From the human T2T-CHM13v2.0 reference genome, Homo sapiens, in assembly GCF_009914755.1 (NCBI RefSeq), contig NC_060931.1: a stretch of 64,000 bases of DNA, one strand, 5' to 3'. Positions 25,361-40,075 of the stretch are shown here, piece after piece (the first letter of the stretch is position 1; each line of letters opens with the position of its first letter). The notes beneath the pieces are model-generated. The model ran no database searches. It was not told the DNA's origin and saw only the letters and a list, made by a program, of their open reading frames with translations. Both the position numbers and the translations under genes were made by a program.

Positions 25361-25709
25361 TGTTCAGTCAGATTCCCCAGGAAACAGACTCTGAGATGGA
25401 GATGAGTGTGCAGGGGTGTGTGGAGAGCTCTTGGGAATAGCACCTTTAAAAAGGTAAGAGAAGCAGAACTGGGCCGAGAGAGAAGTTGACCTGCTACGGA
25501 GTTATCCCAAATCCGGGTGGGACAGGGCCTTGAATCCCTGTAGCAGTACGTCAGTGAATGTGGGTGCCCCCGGGAAGAGGCCCTAACCCTGGCAAGGCAG
25601 CTCCTTCATTGGGGGACAATTCCTGGAGAAGGGGAACCCTAGGACCCCGCAGGCTGGAGATGAGTGTCTTGCTTGGAGGGTCTGGGTGGGACAGGCAGCA
25701 TCCCCTCCA
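25361..25709 (-). mobile_element. LTR16 (LTR16C-like), 5' LTR of the ERV-L provirus
   Basis: ttccccaggaaacagactctgagatggagat...aagcagaactgggc.gagagagaagttga...aggcagctcc...tctgggtggg..cagcatcc; directly abuts the internal leader. Confidence 0.8.
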
Positions 25710-26356
25710 TGGTGACCCAGCGATCTCCTCCAGAGGCTGGAGCTCACATGCAGAGACTGCTAGATGTGTTTACTCATTTCTTTTCCATACTTATTCTTCT
25801 TGGAATAAATGTATCTCACGTAAAAACTAGTCCTCTCGCTGACTACTCGTGTGATCTTTTTAAATTGCCCCTTCGGTTAAATGTGGATAATAATAGAATG
25901 TAAACCATAGTGTTTTTTGAGGGAGACAGAGGTGATGTGTATGAAACCTCCTGCACAGTGCCAGTACCTCATAGGAAGAGTTCAGCATAAGCTGCTATTA
26001 TACACATTTAAAAGTGATATATGGTCACTGTGCCCTCCTACACCCTTTTTAGAAGTGCAGTTAAACCTTAGAGTCTTGTCACTCAGAAATCCTGTTGGCG
26101 TCTTTCTGATCTTCTTTCCCTAACCCTGATATCTTCACTGGAGTTTTCCTCTGAAATGACCGCAGCTGGGCCTTTGCAATGGGGCTACATGTTGAAAAGG
26201 ATTTGGGGAGCAAAGATGAGCAGGGAGAGACAGGCAGAGCCAGGTCCCATCTGATTACCAGGTTCAGCGTTACTAGTGCAGAGCCGTGGCCGGGTCTCAG
26301 GCACCTCCCTGTCGGTCTCCAGGGCTGCCCCTCCTGCCAGCTGCGTAAGGCATCTA

Positions 26357-26600
26357 TTTCCTGCCATGCCCCGGGGAGCCACAGAGTGCCACTGTGGGGG
26401 TCAGAGCCAGGGCGGGAATGAGGACTCAAGGCAGCCACGGGTTCAGAGTCTGTTTTTTCCCTTAAGTGGAATGGTTCCGTTTCCTGCCATGCCCCAGGGA
26501 GCCACAGAGTGCCACTGTGGGGGTCAGAGCCAGGGCGGGAGTGAGGACGCCAGGCAGCCACGGGTCCAGGGTCCGTTTTTTCCCTTAAGTATAATGGTTC
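26357..26600. repeat. 123-bp tandem duplication (x2)
   Basis: TTTCCTGCCATGCCCC...CTTAAGT..AATGGTTC units start at 26357 and 26480. Confidence 0.95.
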
Positions 26601-27354
26601 TGAGGACACCGTGTAGATCATTCAAAAAAGTCATTTTACACACTTACGAGAGGCTGTTTGCAACTGCTGACAATGCCTTTTGGGGCAAGTTAACTGTAGC
26701 CTCATCAGAGTGTATTCCACAGAACCAATTTATTTTTATTGGTTTTATCACTAGGATATTAGCAAGAAGACTCCACTAGGAATTTCCTAATGGATGGTAA
26801 ATCACTGTTTGGGGGGTTAGAGAGGTAATTGGGGCAGTTAGGTGTGAGCTGTATTCAGAAACTGACAGGGGAGACAAGGAAACAGGGCTAACAATGCCCA
26901 CCTCCAACACCAGGAAAACCCAACTGGAAAGAACCCCTGTTGTTTGAAGCAAAACACAACGTTTCTCTCTGTCAGTTATCCGTAAAATAAGATACACCCA
27001 GATCTAACAACCCTCATTTGCAGTAGGCTGACAGCTCTGCCTGTCAAAATTGTTTGGATGTCCAAATTAACTTGAAGTTAATCCAGCTCTCAAAGGCCTA
27101 TAAGAATCAGATCACAACATGTCTGCATAATAAGTTCTTTGTGCCAGGAAATAGGAATTAAATTGTTTTAAAGCAATAATGTTAGGTAAGTAAAGGAAAA
27201 AAGGCTTCCTACTGAGAGATATTTGCTGAACAAAATTAAATATTATAAAACCATATTATTAAACTCTGTCAAAAAGGTATTAATCTTGTTACTTTGGCAC
27301 AGTACTTTAGGACTGTGGATCACTGTAAACTTAACCTTTTGTGTTATCTTGCAG

Positions 27355-27499
27355 CCAACATGAACGGAGGATTGGAAAGAGCGAAAGAGTAATACATCAG
27401 AAGTAGATGTTTGCAGTGTGCTGAGTTTGACCAAAATCAAAGCCGAAGCTGTCTATTGGACGGGTAAAGTTTCTGCTACAAGGCGTTTTGGAAACCACA
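27355..27499 (+). other. candidate non-coding exon
   Basis: CTTAACCTTTTGTGTTATCTTGCAG| acceptor with branch-point-like CTTAAC; ACA|GTAAGT donor. Confidence 0.25.
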
Positions 27500-27756
27500 G
27501 TAAGTCAAGCACGCACCCTCACACACACTCCCACAAATGCATGCCCATTCCACTCCTTCTTTGCTGTTTGATTTTTTCATCTGAAACCTATTCAAAGTGT
27601 GTGACAAGAGAATAGCCCCTTTCCAGGGTGGAATGTGCGCCGTGTCTCCTTATATCTGATGGTCTATACTCCTTGGTGCTGGAGTGAGTCCACCTTCCAA
27701 AAGGATCTTCTTTGCAAAAATCTCTCAGCACGGTCAAATGTCATCACAGCTCATGG

Positions 27757-27791
27757 TTTTTTGTTTGTTTGTTTGTTTGTTTGTTTGTTTT
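27757..27791. repeat. (TTTG)n microsatellite
   Basis: About 7 TTTG units, followed by an antisense MIR-like segment. Confidence 0.9.
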
Positions 27792-27944
27792 AAATAAGTA
27801 ATAACCAACGTTTTCCACTGACTCACTATGTGCCAGTCACACCACTAAGTGCTGTTCATACTCACAGCAAGCCTACAAGATGTACACTGTCACTAGATCC
27901 ATTTTATAGAGGAGGAAACTGAGTCCAGTGTTGGTCTGAGGTTT

Positions 27945-28138
27945 TGGTCATGCTCCAAAGGCCACACTCACCATCACGACACGGTGTGGCCTCGGCCAGT
28001 GCGGGGAACGTGGCCTGCATCAGCAAACGCTCAGAGGTGAGGTCTGGTCATGCTCCAAAGGCCACACTCGCCATCACGACACGGTGTGGCCTCAGCCAGT
28101 GCGGGGAACTGTGGCCTGCATCAGCAAACGCTCAGAGG
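27945..28138. repeat. 100-bp tandem duplication (x2)
   Basis: TGGTCATGCTCCAAAGGCCACACTC...CAGCAAACGCTCAGAGG units start at 27945 and 28045. Confidence 0.95.
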
Positions 28139-28489
28139 ACAAGGAAGCTTTCCTCCCACTTGTTTCATACCAAGGCCCTTCATTTTCAGGTTCTCTCCCC
28201 GACTCTCTTCACTTCCTCTTTCTTTCTCCTGCTCCTTTCCTCCTATTCTCATTTTTTTCTTAGCTTCTCTTTCTTTCTCCTCTAAATGGTTCTGTAGGCA
28301 ACATGACCACCCCGAACTAAAAATAAAATCCACCTACACTTTCCAATGATGGCCCCACATCCAAGCATCTACCCATTTTCCCAGCCAGGGAAGGATGCGT
28401 GATTTACAAGAAACCACAGAAACACTGGGATCACTGCATTGTAAAATAAAACGTGTTCTTCATATGATTCGTGCTCTGTTAAAACGTAT

Positions 28490-28750
28490 GGCATATTCGC
28501 TTCCCGCAGCTGCTGTAACGAATTACGTTTCGTGGCTTAAGACCACACAAATCTCTTATCCTACAGTTCTGGAGGCCGGAGGTCTAATATGGGCTGCAGG
28601 ACTGGTTCCTGGGGGTTCCGGGGCAGAATTCTCCTTGCCCCTCCCAGCTTCTCAAGGCCACCTGCCTTCTCTGGCTTACGGCCTCCTCCTGGTATCACTG
28701 AGCTCTGCTTCCAGCTGTGCGCCAGTGATCTCTGACCACGCTCCCTGTGC
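28490..28750 (-). mobile_element. MLT1-family LTR fragment
   Basis: gctgctgtaac.aattac...gtggcttaa..cacacaaat..ttatcctacagttctggagg...ccttgcc..tcccagcttct. Confidence 0.7.
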
Positions 28751-30849
28751 TACAATCATTAACAACATTGGGCATGTCCTGTGCAAATGGATTTGAAACA
28801 AGTCAACTCAGCTCTCAGTAGTTACGCCTGGGCATCGGCACTGGACACCCACTCCTTAGGAGGTGCTAACCTTGATAGGAGTCGAAACGTGAAGCATCTC
28901 CCCCCTTGGACTTAGGACATAGCTTAGGATACAGGACACCTTTGTAAAGAAGAAATAATAATAATAACAATACAAGTTTGCAAATGCCAAGTGCCGTCAG
29001 GGTTGTATGAGTTAAGTTACTTACAAGCTGTCTCCTGTGGGAACTTGACTTTGACCTAAGCCTACTGTGGTCCCAGGAATGACCTGTCTCACCAACAACT
29101 CCTGGAGGTTGAATTTCCAATCTCTAAGTAGGAAGGTAGCAGAGAGTTGTGGGGGACACCGTTCCACCCATGATGACATCTGTCTCAGCCCTAGTGGGAA
29201 AGAATTGTGTGATGAGGAAGTCCCTTAAGCTCCAGTGCCTGTGTTTCCCCATCTGTAGAATAAACATATCAGTGAGAACCACTCTATCTTCATCCCTAGG
29301 ATGCTCTCAGTTTAGGGAAAACTATAAAAAGTAGAAGCAGCTGTGATGGCTTGGGCCCTGAGACCTCTCTCCATGTGTTCCTCCAGTAGTCCTGCCGCGG
29401 GAGCTCTGCACAAGCCGCAGGGTCACATGTGAGGCCATCTCCACCTTCATCCCTGGGCCCAGGTGCAGTCTCTCTGTGCCGAAGCCTCTGGATTTCCAGC
29501 CCCTGGAACAGTGCCTACATCACAGTAAGGGCTCCAACGCTGTGTTGACCCAACACCGGAACAGAATAAAGCGACGGTGGAGGACACTGGGGGGTGCCTC
29601 AGGCGTATGCCCTAAGAAAAGTCAGAACGGGAGGGACTCTTTCCCAGCACAAGTCACTGCCTTTATTCTGCTTTGAGTCTGCATTTTCTTCCTTGGCATG
29701 CCTGTGATTCACGCATTCTCAGCCTCCCCGAAAGTGCCCATCAGGGCTCCCCTCTGTTTAATGAGATCCACATATGCTTTGTTTGATTATTTCTGTCAAT
29801 GACTCAAGCTGGACTTACCATAAGGTGACTCACCTGTGTTTAACACAGGTGCCAATGCGATCTCCCGGGACCACAAGGAGCCAAAGGAAGCTGCCCCCAG
29901 GTGTCTTCAGTTCACCTGTTCCACAGGGGTGGGCCTTGCCCGGGTCAGCCCAAGTCCTGCGCCAGTTCAGGGGAGCGGATATTCTTGGCTTATTCTTAAA
30001 GGGAGCAGGCTTTAGATTTCCTAATATAGAATTTAAGTCCGGATTTTAATGAGCATACGTCCTTTACTGGAGAAAACAGGACCCTACTGGAGACAAATAA
30101 ATAAATGATCGCACTCTGGCATTGTATGATCAGTGATAAGGAATTTACACATCACTCATAGCTCGAGGAAACCATAGGCCTTAGGAGAGATAAGGATGTT
30201 TATTTGCAGCCGTTAAGAGAAGAAGATGGTACAAAGAGGAACTGTGAACAAAAGGTGAGGGGTTAATTTTAAATTAAGAAAATGTGAGTCTAGAAGACTA
30301 GGGAGAAAAGAGAGAAAGAAGCTGAAGAGAAGGAAGGAAGGGAGGAGGGAGAGTGAGACAGAGGGGAGGGCAGACAGGCTCAGTGGGGAGAACACCCGGC
30401 AGAGGCAGGGCCTGCACATGCAGCTGCACTGAGAGTACCGCCACGATACCCCTGCCCCGGGGTGAAGGGCTGTGTCCCCAGCCATGGGAGTCCCTGCTCC
30501 TTGAGTCCTCACAGTCAACTCTGGGAATTGTCTCAGGTGAAGAACAAAACTGCCTCACTCAAGGCCACAGTTCCAGGAGCTGCCTACATCCTAGATCAGT
30601 CCGTGTGGGGTCTTCATACCACCCAGCCCTTGCTCCACGGCTCTGGACACCTCGGAAGGGCCCTCCAGCTTTAGTTTCCCTGGGGGCCCATGAGGCCACT
30701 CACCTTCTCCCTCTGCCTCACCTGCAGGTGTGGACCCTCTCCTAGGCACCAGGCTCCCTTCCAGAGCTGGTTCCTGGGGAGCCTGCCCTGTGGCATCTCC
30801 CTGTGGCATCATCTCCCTGCAGCATCCCATTCAGATCCCTGTGTTTGAG

Positions 30850-31019
30850 CTGGGTTTCTCAAAGGGTGGTCTCCAAACTCACTGAGAGCCCCACAACGGT
30901 GAAGAGTTCTGCGCCACCCAGACCTATGGAGTCAGCTTCTTTGATGATGTGTCCTGAGTATCTATACTTTTAACAAGCTCTTCAGGTAATTTGTTGCAAG
31001 CTAAATTCAAGAACCACTA
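30850..31019. mobile_element. MER5A-like DNA transposon
   Basis: ttctcaaagggtggtc...ccacccagaccta...ttttaacaagctc..caggt.att...aagaaccact. Confidence 0.7.
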
Positions 31020-34000
31020 TTTCAGAAAGTGCAGAGCCAAAAAGACCAGACGAAGAAATGTAACAGAACTTTAATTTCTATCTATGGCACCGATAAAAGA
31101 TACTAGGTCCTTTATAAAATGTTGGCTCCTAATAACATCAGGTGAGTGCTCCTCCCATTTCATGAAGGAGGTCCCTAAATCTTCACCTTGAGCCCTCATT
31201 TGGCATGGACAAATTCAACACATTTCTTTCTCAGGGCGCATCTGTGTCTCGCTCCCACTTTGCTGCAGTGAGCTATCAGGCAGCTGTCGCTCTCCTTGTC
31301 CTTCCTGCTACCTCTTGGGGGATAGCAGCGAATTGATGTCATTTGAGATTCTGTCTTAATCTATTTTGGCAGCATGAGGATGGCATACTGAATCCTATAA
31401 AGAATGCCAAGTGACTTATCAAACTGAGTGATGTCGTATGGCCAATAAATTGTCCCGGGCCACAGCAATGTGATTCCACCCAGGTCTCCACATCCAAGCT
31501 GTAGTTCAGGTGACTCCTGGCTGTGGATGACACATCCCCAACCCTTTCCTTTTCTGCAGCCGATCCGCATGAATCTGTAGTTTCTGCCCTAGGCTCTTCT
31601 CCAGGGGCCAGGGCTGCTGTTCCTGTACTTTACTCTCCTTTGTTGGGGAAAGAGGATCACAGAGAACTGCGGGTGTGTCCTTGGATTTCTTCTTCTCTGA
31701 AGCTGTGTATTAGAGCTTGCTTGTAGGTGAATGAGTCCCCCCCATTTCGATGACTCTTGTCCTTTGTACCTGAGTGTTGACAGCAGGTTCCATTGCTTGC
31801 CCAGGAGTGCCACTCTCCAGGTCATTGCAGTGTCAAGGGAGCAGCACCCGCCCTGAGGACCATCTCTCTGGCCTGGGGGAAACCCTTGCTCTGCCTCAGA
31901 TCACTGCAGCCCACAAAGACCTCGTTTTGATTTCACTTCAGGACTTGTGCTGAATGGCCTCATGTACTCTGTGGCCTCATGTATTAATCTTCCTAAGGAG
32001 AAAGCATCAAAAGCTTTCCTTAAAGATAAGGTAGAGTGCAGCCACCCCTCTCCACATAGCTTGTTGGAGAAGAGCAGGGCAGTGGGGAGCGTGGCCATTT
32101 GGGTCAGGGGGCAGCGCAGGGTTGGTGTCCTGCAGTTTCCCAGCTAGCTGAGCAGGGGGAGCAGGGGCTCGGGTCTGACTCTTGATGGCTGAGTGGCTCT
32201 GTTCTGGTGCCAGCAACTGGCCCCATGGTGACATTTATCTGTGCGGGCCTATTTTGATATGCTGGTGAGCTGGGGAGTCAGAAATCAAAAATAGTGGGTT
32301 TTCCTTTAACCAACCCCAAATTGTTACAAGGAGAATCAAAAACAAGACAGCAAGTCTCTGGGGACCAAGATGGACTCAGAAAGCTTTTGTCTTGTGGGAA
32401 GTTAGTCCGGAGTATTACACAGAAGGACTAGTAAAGCACAAAAGATTCACATGTGGCTCATTTACTAATTCTTCACAAGAAAAATAATGTGGGCCAGTGA
32501 ATTATACCACATAGCTTAGATCCAAATACTGTGTCTATTTGAAATATCCAGATAATTTAGGGAGAAGGTTCAGAATGATTTGGCTTTAATTAACTGGATC
32601 TAACTAGAGGATGTTAAGTAACCCTAAGAATTTCCCAAGAATATATGGGAACACTACGTCTATTTGTCCTTGAGTGCTACCTGTGTTCTAAAACAAACAG
32701 TATTCTAAATCCTTTCCTATTGGTTTGTCTCTAGAAAATGTTTGTTATACATTTAAGGCCAAAGAGCAAAAACAAACATGGACATATTAATTCACAGAGG
32801 GAATGTAGGACATCTGACAGGCAAAAGATGAAAGGCTGCACTTTTTTCCCTCACCTTTTATCCTGAAGTGAACACCTTCAGGAAGCTGGCTTAAAGAGAT
32901 GCTGAGATTTAAGAAATAAGCTGGAGGCCTGTTATTACACAACTTGTTTTTACACGGATGTTGCATAGATCAGACCACGCCCTTTGGAGCATCCCAACGA
33001 CCCCCTCGTTAGAGTCCGGAGGGGCCGGCTTCATTTGACCTGAGCTCTGAACTCCACCCTGACTCTATCACTGAGAGTCGCAGTGCTGTGCTGGAGAGAG
33101 CTCTCGACGGGAGAAAGCCCCCTGGTTTGTAGCACGTGCTGATTCCTGTGGTGTAAACGTTCCTGAAAGTATTTCCCCACTGGGTGTCAGGAGCCAGTCC
33201 AAGGTGGCTCTGCACACCACTGCCTGCTGCAGGATGATGAAGAGAGCTTGTCACTCAGGTCGTCAACAAACATTTGTTAATAATTCGTCCCATACCTCTA
33301 CTCAGCAGACCCAGCCTCACCTCTGGAGAGACCAAAGGGAGTCTCGGAATCCCCCAAGGAGCCTCACCTGGTCTCTGACTGTAATTTGGGCTCCAGATAG
33401 TGCAGGCCCACTGAGCACACATGAGATGCCAGACTCCAGGCTCCCAGTGTGTCCCAAACAACCGGGATGCCTGCTTTTCCCAAGCTCAGATGCGCCAAGG
33501 CTTAAATCTTGTTGGAATCTTCAGCTGCAGATTCCAATAAGAACTTTTAGGGCCTTATCAACCAGAAAGTGGAAAGAGTGAGAGGGAAGCATTACCATCA
33601 TGGGAGTAAAAACTCACTGGGTCAAAATGCTGATGAATTTATGGAATGTTGGCTCCGCTCCAGGAGAGAGATGGCCCCAAGGTTCTCCATCATCTCATTG
33701 GCTCCAAAACAAAATCCACTGGCTGGCAGATTACTGCAATGAGCATTTCGTGACAGGTAGCTTCTAATTGTCTAAAATGTCGCTTAAAAGAGTCAAAGTA
33801 CAAACAAGTAAAACAGCATATGAGGCTACCATAGATGTCTGAGCCACATCTGCCAGGCCCACATCTGTGAGGAGGTGACTGGGGGAGTTCCCACACCTGC
33901 AGGGGCTGCAGGCTCCAGCCCAGTCCTCTCCTTACTGACCCTCAGCACGCTCCCGTGAATGAGATGGTGCTATGTGCAAGGGAAAAATGTATGGCCATTA

Positions 34001-36372
34001 GTTAGTCATCAGCAACTTATCTCCAAACAGCAAGTCAGGTTCCAGCCTGAGGAAGGGGTTTCTAGAGGACGGAAGCCCAGGATCTGGCTTTTGATGGGAA
34101 GGGTCACTTTGGCAGGGCTAATAAAAAAAGAAAAGACAAACATCAAAAATGAGAAGAAAGAAGAGGCAGATGTCATCTTAAATTGAAAAAACCAGGAATT
34201 ATTGTTTGTCCTCCATGGGCACAGTGCTTTGTACATAAGAAAAGTTAGGGGGATGTATTCTGATCGTGTTCTACAGAAATCTGAGGCAGTCCCCCAACCC
34301 CCACAGGCTCTTCTGCACCTGGCACGGCCCTGACCAACCCCAGCCACAGTCGAGTGCTTATGACACAAGATTATCCCCCTTGACAGACCCCTCCCATCTA
34401 GAATGTTCTGCCATCTTCTGAGTTTCGGTGCCATTGGATCTCTGAGGTCTGCGGAACCCAGGACCTTCTAAGATGAAAGTGGTGCTGTGGCTGGCGTGGT
34501 CCTGTTGGTCCCGCCTGCGCAGTGGATTGCCTTTAAAGAAGAGTCAGGTGTCCCCGATGCCCAGGTTTCCTCCTCTGAGTCCGCTTTCCCCACCCCCAGC
34601 CCCATAGAATTTACTTAATTAATGTTTTTCACGGGAGTGTCTCACCGTTCCCATGTATTTACTGAACTATTTGCCGCTGCAAAGGAAAATGATTGTTTTT
34701 ATTTATTTGAACTTCTGAATATCTCCCATTGTCTGTTTTACTATTCAAAATTCCAGCACTTTAATAGTCTTAGGAGAGGGGAGTTGGAAATCTTTGTATA
34801 TTCATAATTCTATGAAATAATTGTTTACCGAGATTATTTCAGTCTGTAATCGTGTCTTTGTTTTCCCCTGTGAAACATACCGTGCTCAAATGCCTTTGTT
34901 CAATTCTCAGGAAGGGAAGAGCATGACACCAGTTCTCCCCGAAAGATCAAAGGGAGATTCCGATGCAGGTCTCCAGGCCGCTGAGTAAAGCGTCGCCTAA
35001 CTTGCCCTCCATTGATCCCCAGGATGTAAAGCTCTACTTGGCGTCTTGGACAGCGAGATTGGCTGTGGGAAGCTTCCCTTCCGCTGTCTGGTGCTTAGAG
35101 GCCGGGCACATAGAGACGTCTCTCTGAGCTCTTGACCTTTGTGGGTTTGGAATAACAGGCAGGAAGATGCCCCGAAGGGAGCATTTGGAGAGAGAGAAGC
35201 AGGACCCCGGGAGGCGTCAATGTCCTTGCCGTGGCACCATCATGTCTTTGCTCCATGGAGAAGAGATGAAAACGGGAGCCTCTTTGCTGCAAAGCCGATG
35301 AGGCCAAGCTCCCAAAGCGAGAAGCAAAACATAGGCAAGGAGCAGCATCTCTCACCCCGGTACGATGCCCGCCCTGTTGCAGGGTCTGGGTTTGCTCACG
35401 ATATGTCTGCTCGGGGTGGATGACAGCTGGAGACTGGTGAGAAATCCTCCCTGCCTCAGTCAAGGCCCGAGCCCATCGAGCCATCTTGCCCATGGACACA
35501 CAAGGCAATTTCCAGAGGCCTGCAGAGCCCATTGCTCTCACTCCTAGGAAGGGGGAGGCCAGGAAGGCTGGGCTGCTCAGGAGAGACCTGTCCCCCAAGG
35601 AGGGAGGGGCTTCAGGAGCAGACCCAGGTCTTTTCTGTGGAAATCCTTATACCTTATGTAAAGATCCCATTGAGTCAAAGGCTCTTGAATCCACTGCTGA
35701 CCTGCGGTCACATAGTCAAATTCATCTCAGCCTTTACTGCATCCTATAAGCTTTCCTGACTCAAACCCACATTCATCCCCTATCCATCTCAAAGCTATGG
35801 GATTTTGTGAATAGAACCCATGGTAATTTTTTCAAACACTCCATCTATAGAGATCTGTGTACCTGAAGAAGCAGTAGAACTACAGGGAGCCTGATAGGGC
35901 AGGATAACTCCAAAGTTAGTTAAGAGTGAAATCAGGGCTACCAAAGTTTAAGTCAGCCCAAGACAGACTGACCATGCCCAACCTGTATATGATGACCCTG
36001 TACGTCTGAGCACAGGGCCGCTCACCATCACCCCTCCATCTCAGTGCCTGAGCCCTCCATCACCTGAGCACCGTGCTTCTAACCATTATTGCACCCCCAG
36101 ACCCCAGTCTGCCTTCAGTCTGGCATTAAACAAAGAGCACTACATCTTTTCCCGATGGCCAACCACACAGATCCACCCTGGCACATGCACACCTGAAAGG
36201 TAAGGCCCCTGAGTCAACGCTGAATAAGCTCTTATTTCCCTAATGCGACTTGACCTCAGAAGTCCTTTTCACCAATGCAGCTTAATGTTTTTGTAAATAG
36301 TTCCCAGTCCATGTGGAATTCAACCCTGAGTGGTTCTCCTGTTAGAATGTGTCATGTATGTTCACTGCCTAG

Positions 36373-36819
<447 letters not shown>

Positions 36820-37396
36820 TTCCCAGCCCTTTCTCCTATGGGGATCCCTGATTTCATATTTTCCTACTCTGTCAATTCCAGCAGATCTAGAATGTGTTTC
36901 AAATTGCTTCAAAGTTTCAGAATACTGCACAAATTAAAACTAATAAAAAGCCACAGAAATCCTAGCAGGAATAAGGAGGCAGTGGAAAAGTGGTTTCCTG
37001 GGCTCTGAGAAAGGGCTCAAATTACTTATGGGAATCAAAGCAAGTAGGGAACCAGTTTGGTTCGGGTCCTAGCTCAGAGGACAATGAAGCTCCACTTAAA
37101 CAGACTTCCAAAGGTCGTTAATGACAGCTTCTTTCTACCACGTGGAACCTGAACACGACAGGTGCCTTCTGGCCTGGTCCTCTGTGGTACTGAGGGCCCA
37201 CTCAGTTCTGTCCGAGCAGAGAGAAGAGTTATCTGGGAGGACATTGTCTGGCGGATCAGACCATTCCAGCTGTTCAGTCCCAATAATTCAGTTCCAAATT
37301 TACTTTTTTCCTTAACAGAAGAGTCTTCATCCCTCCAATGCTCCATTTTAATGTGCCTTATATAGAGTATTGATTTTTTTTTTTTTACTCTGCATC

Positions 37397-37695
37397 TTAT
37401 TTATTTATTTTGAGACAGAGGCTGGCTCTGTGGCCCAGGCTGGAGTGCAGTGGTGTGATCTCAGCTCACTTTAACCTCCGCCTCCTGGGTTCAAGCAATT
37501 CTCCTGCCTCAGCCTCTTGAGTAATTGATATTACAAATGCCTGCCACCACGCCCAGCTAATTTGTTTGTATTTTTAGTAGAGACGGGGTTTCGTCTCTGT
37601 GGCCAGGCTGGTTTCGAACTCCTGACCTCAAGTGATCTGCCCAACTTGGCCTCCCAAAGTGCTAAGATTACAGGCGTGAGCCACTGCGCCCAGCC
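37397..37695 (-). mobile_element. AluS (Sz/Sx-like)
   Basis: Full antisense Alu ending ccactgcgcccagcc. Confidence 0.95.
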
Positions 37696-38429
37696 TGCAT
37701 TTACTTCCTAAGTGCAAGGCAATAGTTTGAATGCAGGCTTGGGCTGAGAGTATAAAGATGGTCATCGTCATGGCCATAGACATCTGTGATTTCTGTGATG
37801 ACCGGCAGGACAACATTCAGGAGCAGGGCTCTTTTGTGAGAAGTCCCCTACACTGTTTGAGGAAAGATGAAACATACTTTCCCCACTCACCTCTTCAGAC
37901 ATATACCTCACTCACTGCTCCTACATTGTCTAATCACAATGCAGCCTGGATCTCAGTTTAACATAATACAACAGCAAAAACAGCAACACAGACAGAGCTG
38001 AGAAGGCCCAGCCAGAGTCAGACAGAGGCAAAACAGTGGCAGCCTATACAATCCAGCTTCACCCCCACCTCTAAATTCTTCTCCTGCCAGATCAATGGTA
38101 TTTGAAATTTCTTTAGCTAGAAAGAGGTACTTTTGTTTTGTTTTGTTTTGTCTTCCATAATTGAAGAAGGCTTTAAAGAGGAAACGCTCTGAGTGAGATG
38201 GAACATATTGGTAACCATTTTCTCCTCCAAGTGGTGAGAAGTTGGCATCAAATTCCTCCTTTCCTGAAGGTTACCATTAAAGGGAACAGAAGGTCACTAA
38301 ACAGAGGGGCTGCCACCCCAGTGAAAGACTCCCCTGTGTTCTGGTTTTACTCCCCTCTAGCCTTGTTTTGGTCACAAGTCACGTTGGTGGAAGAGGCGAT
38401 GGTTGTCTCATGGCTATGTACTGAAAAAA

Positions 38430-39689
<1,260 letters not shown>

Positions 39690-39690
<1 letters not shown>

Positions 39691-40075
39691 TAGTCTTCCT
39701 AGCAACCCCTCCCGACCCTATTCAGGTAGCAAGTCCTATCTCTTGGCCACAGGGCAGGCATGTGAAACTCACTGGGTTGATCATAGCATCTTATCTCCCC
39801 AATCAGGTGGCAGGCCCACTGGGTGAGCACCAGAGGAAATGAAGAAGTGGAATTCTCTCATGGGACTTGTACATTGAGTGCAAATAAACAGAAGACAGTC
39901 AGTGCCAACACATCTGATGGTGGCACCTAATGGGAAGTCCACAGGACCCCCTGCAGAGATTCCTAGAGCTGCCCTAATCCCTCCCTTTCCCGAGCACTGG
40001 TTTTTCTGATTTTCTCAATTTTTTAATAAGTTAGAAGTCATTCCTGTGGCTTGCAGAATAGAACCTAAACTGACA
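39690..40075 (+). mobile_element. old MLT1 (H-L type) LTR
   Basis: tcttggccacagggcaggcatgtga...; ends gcttgca.aatagaacctaaactgaca. Confidence 0.55.
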
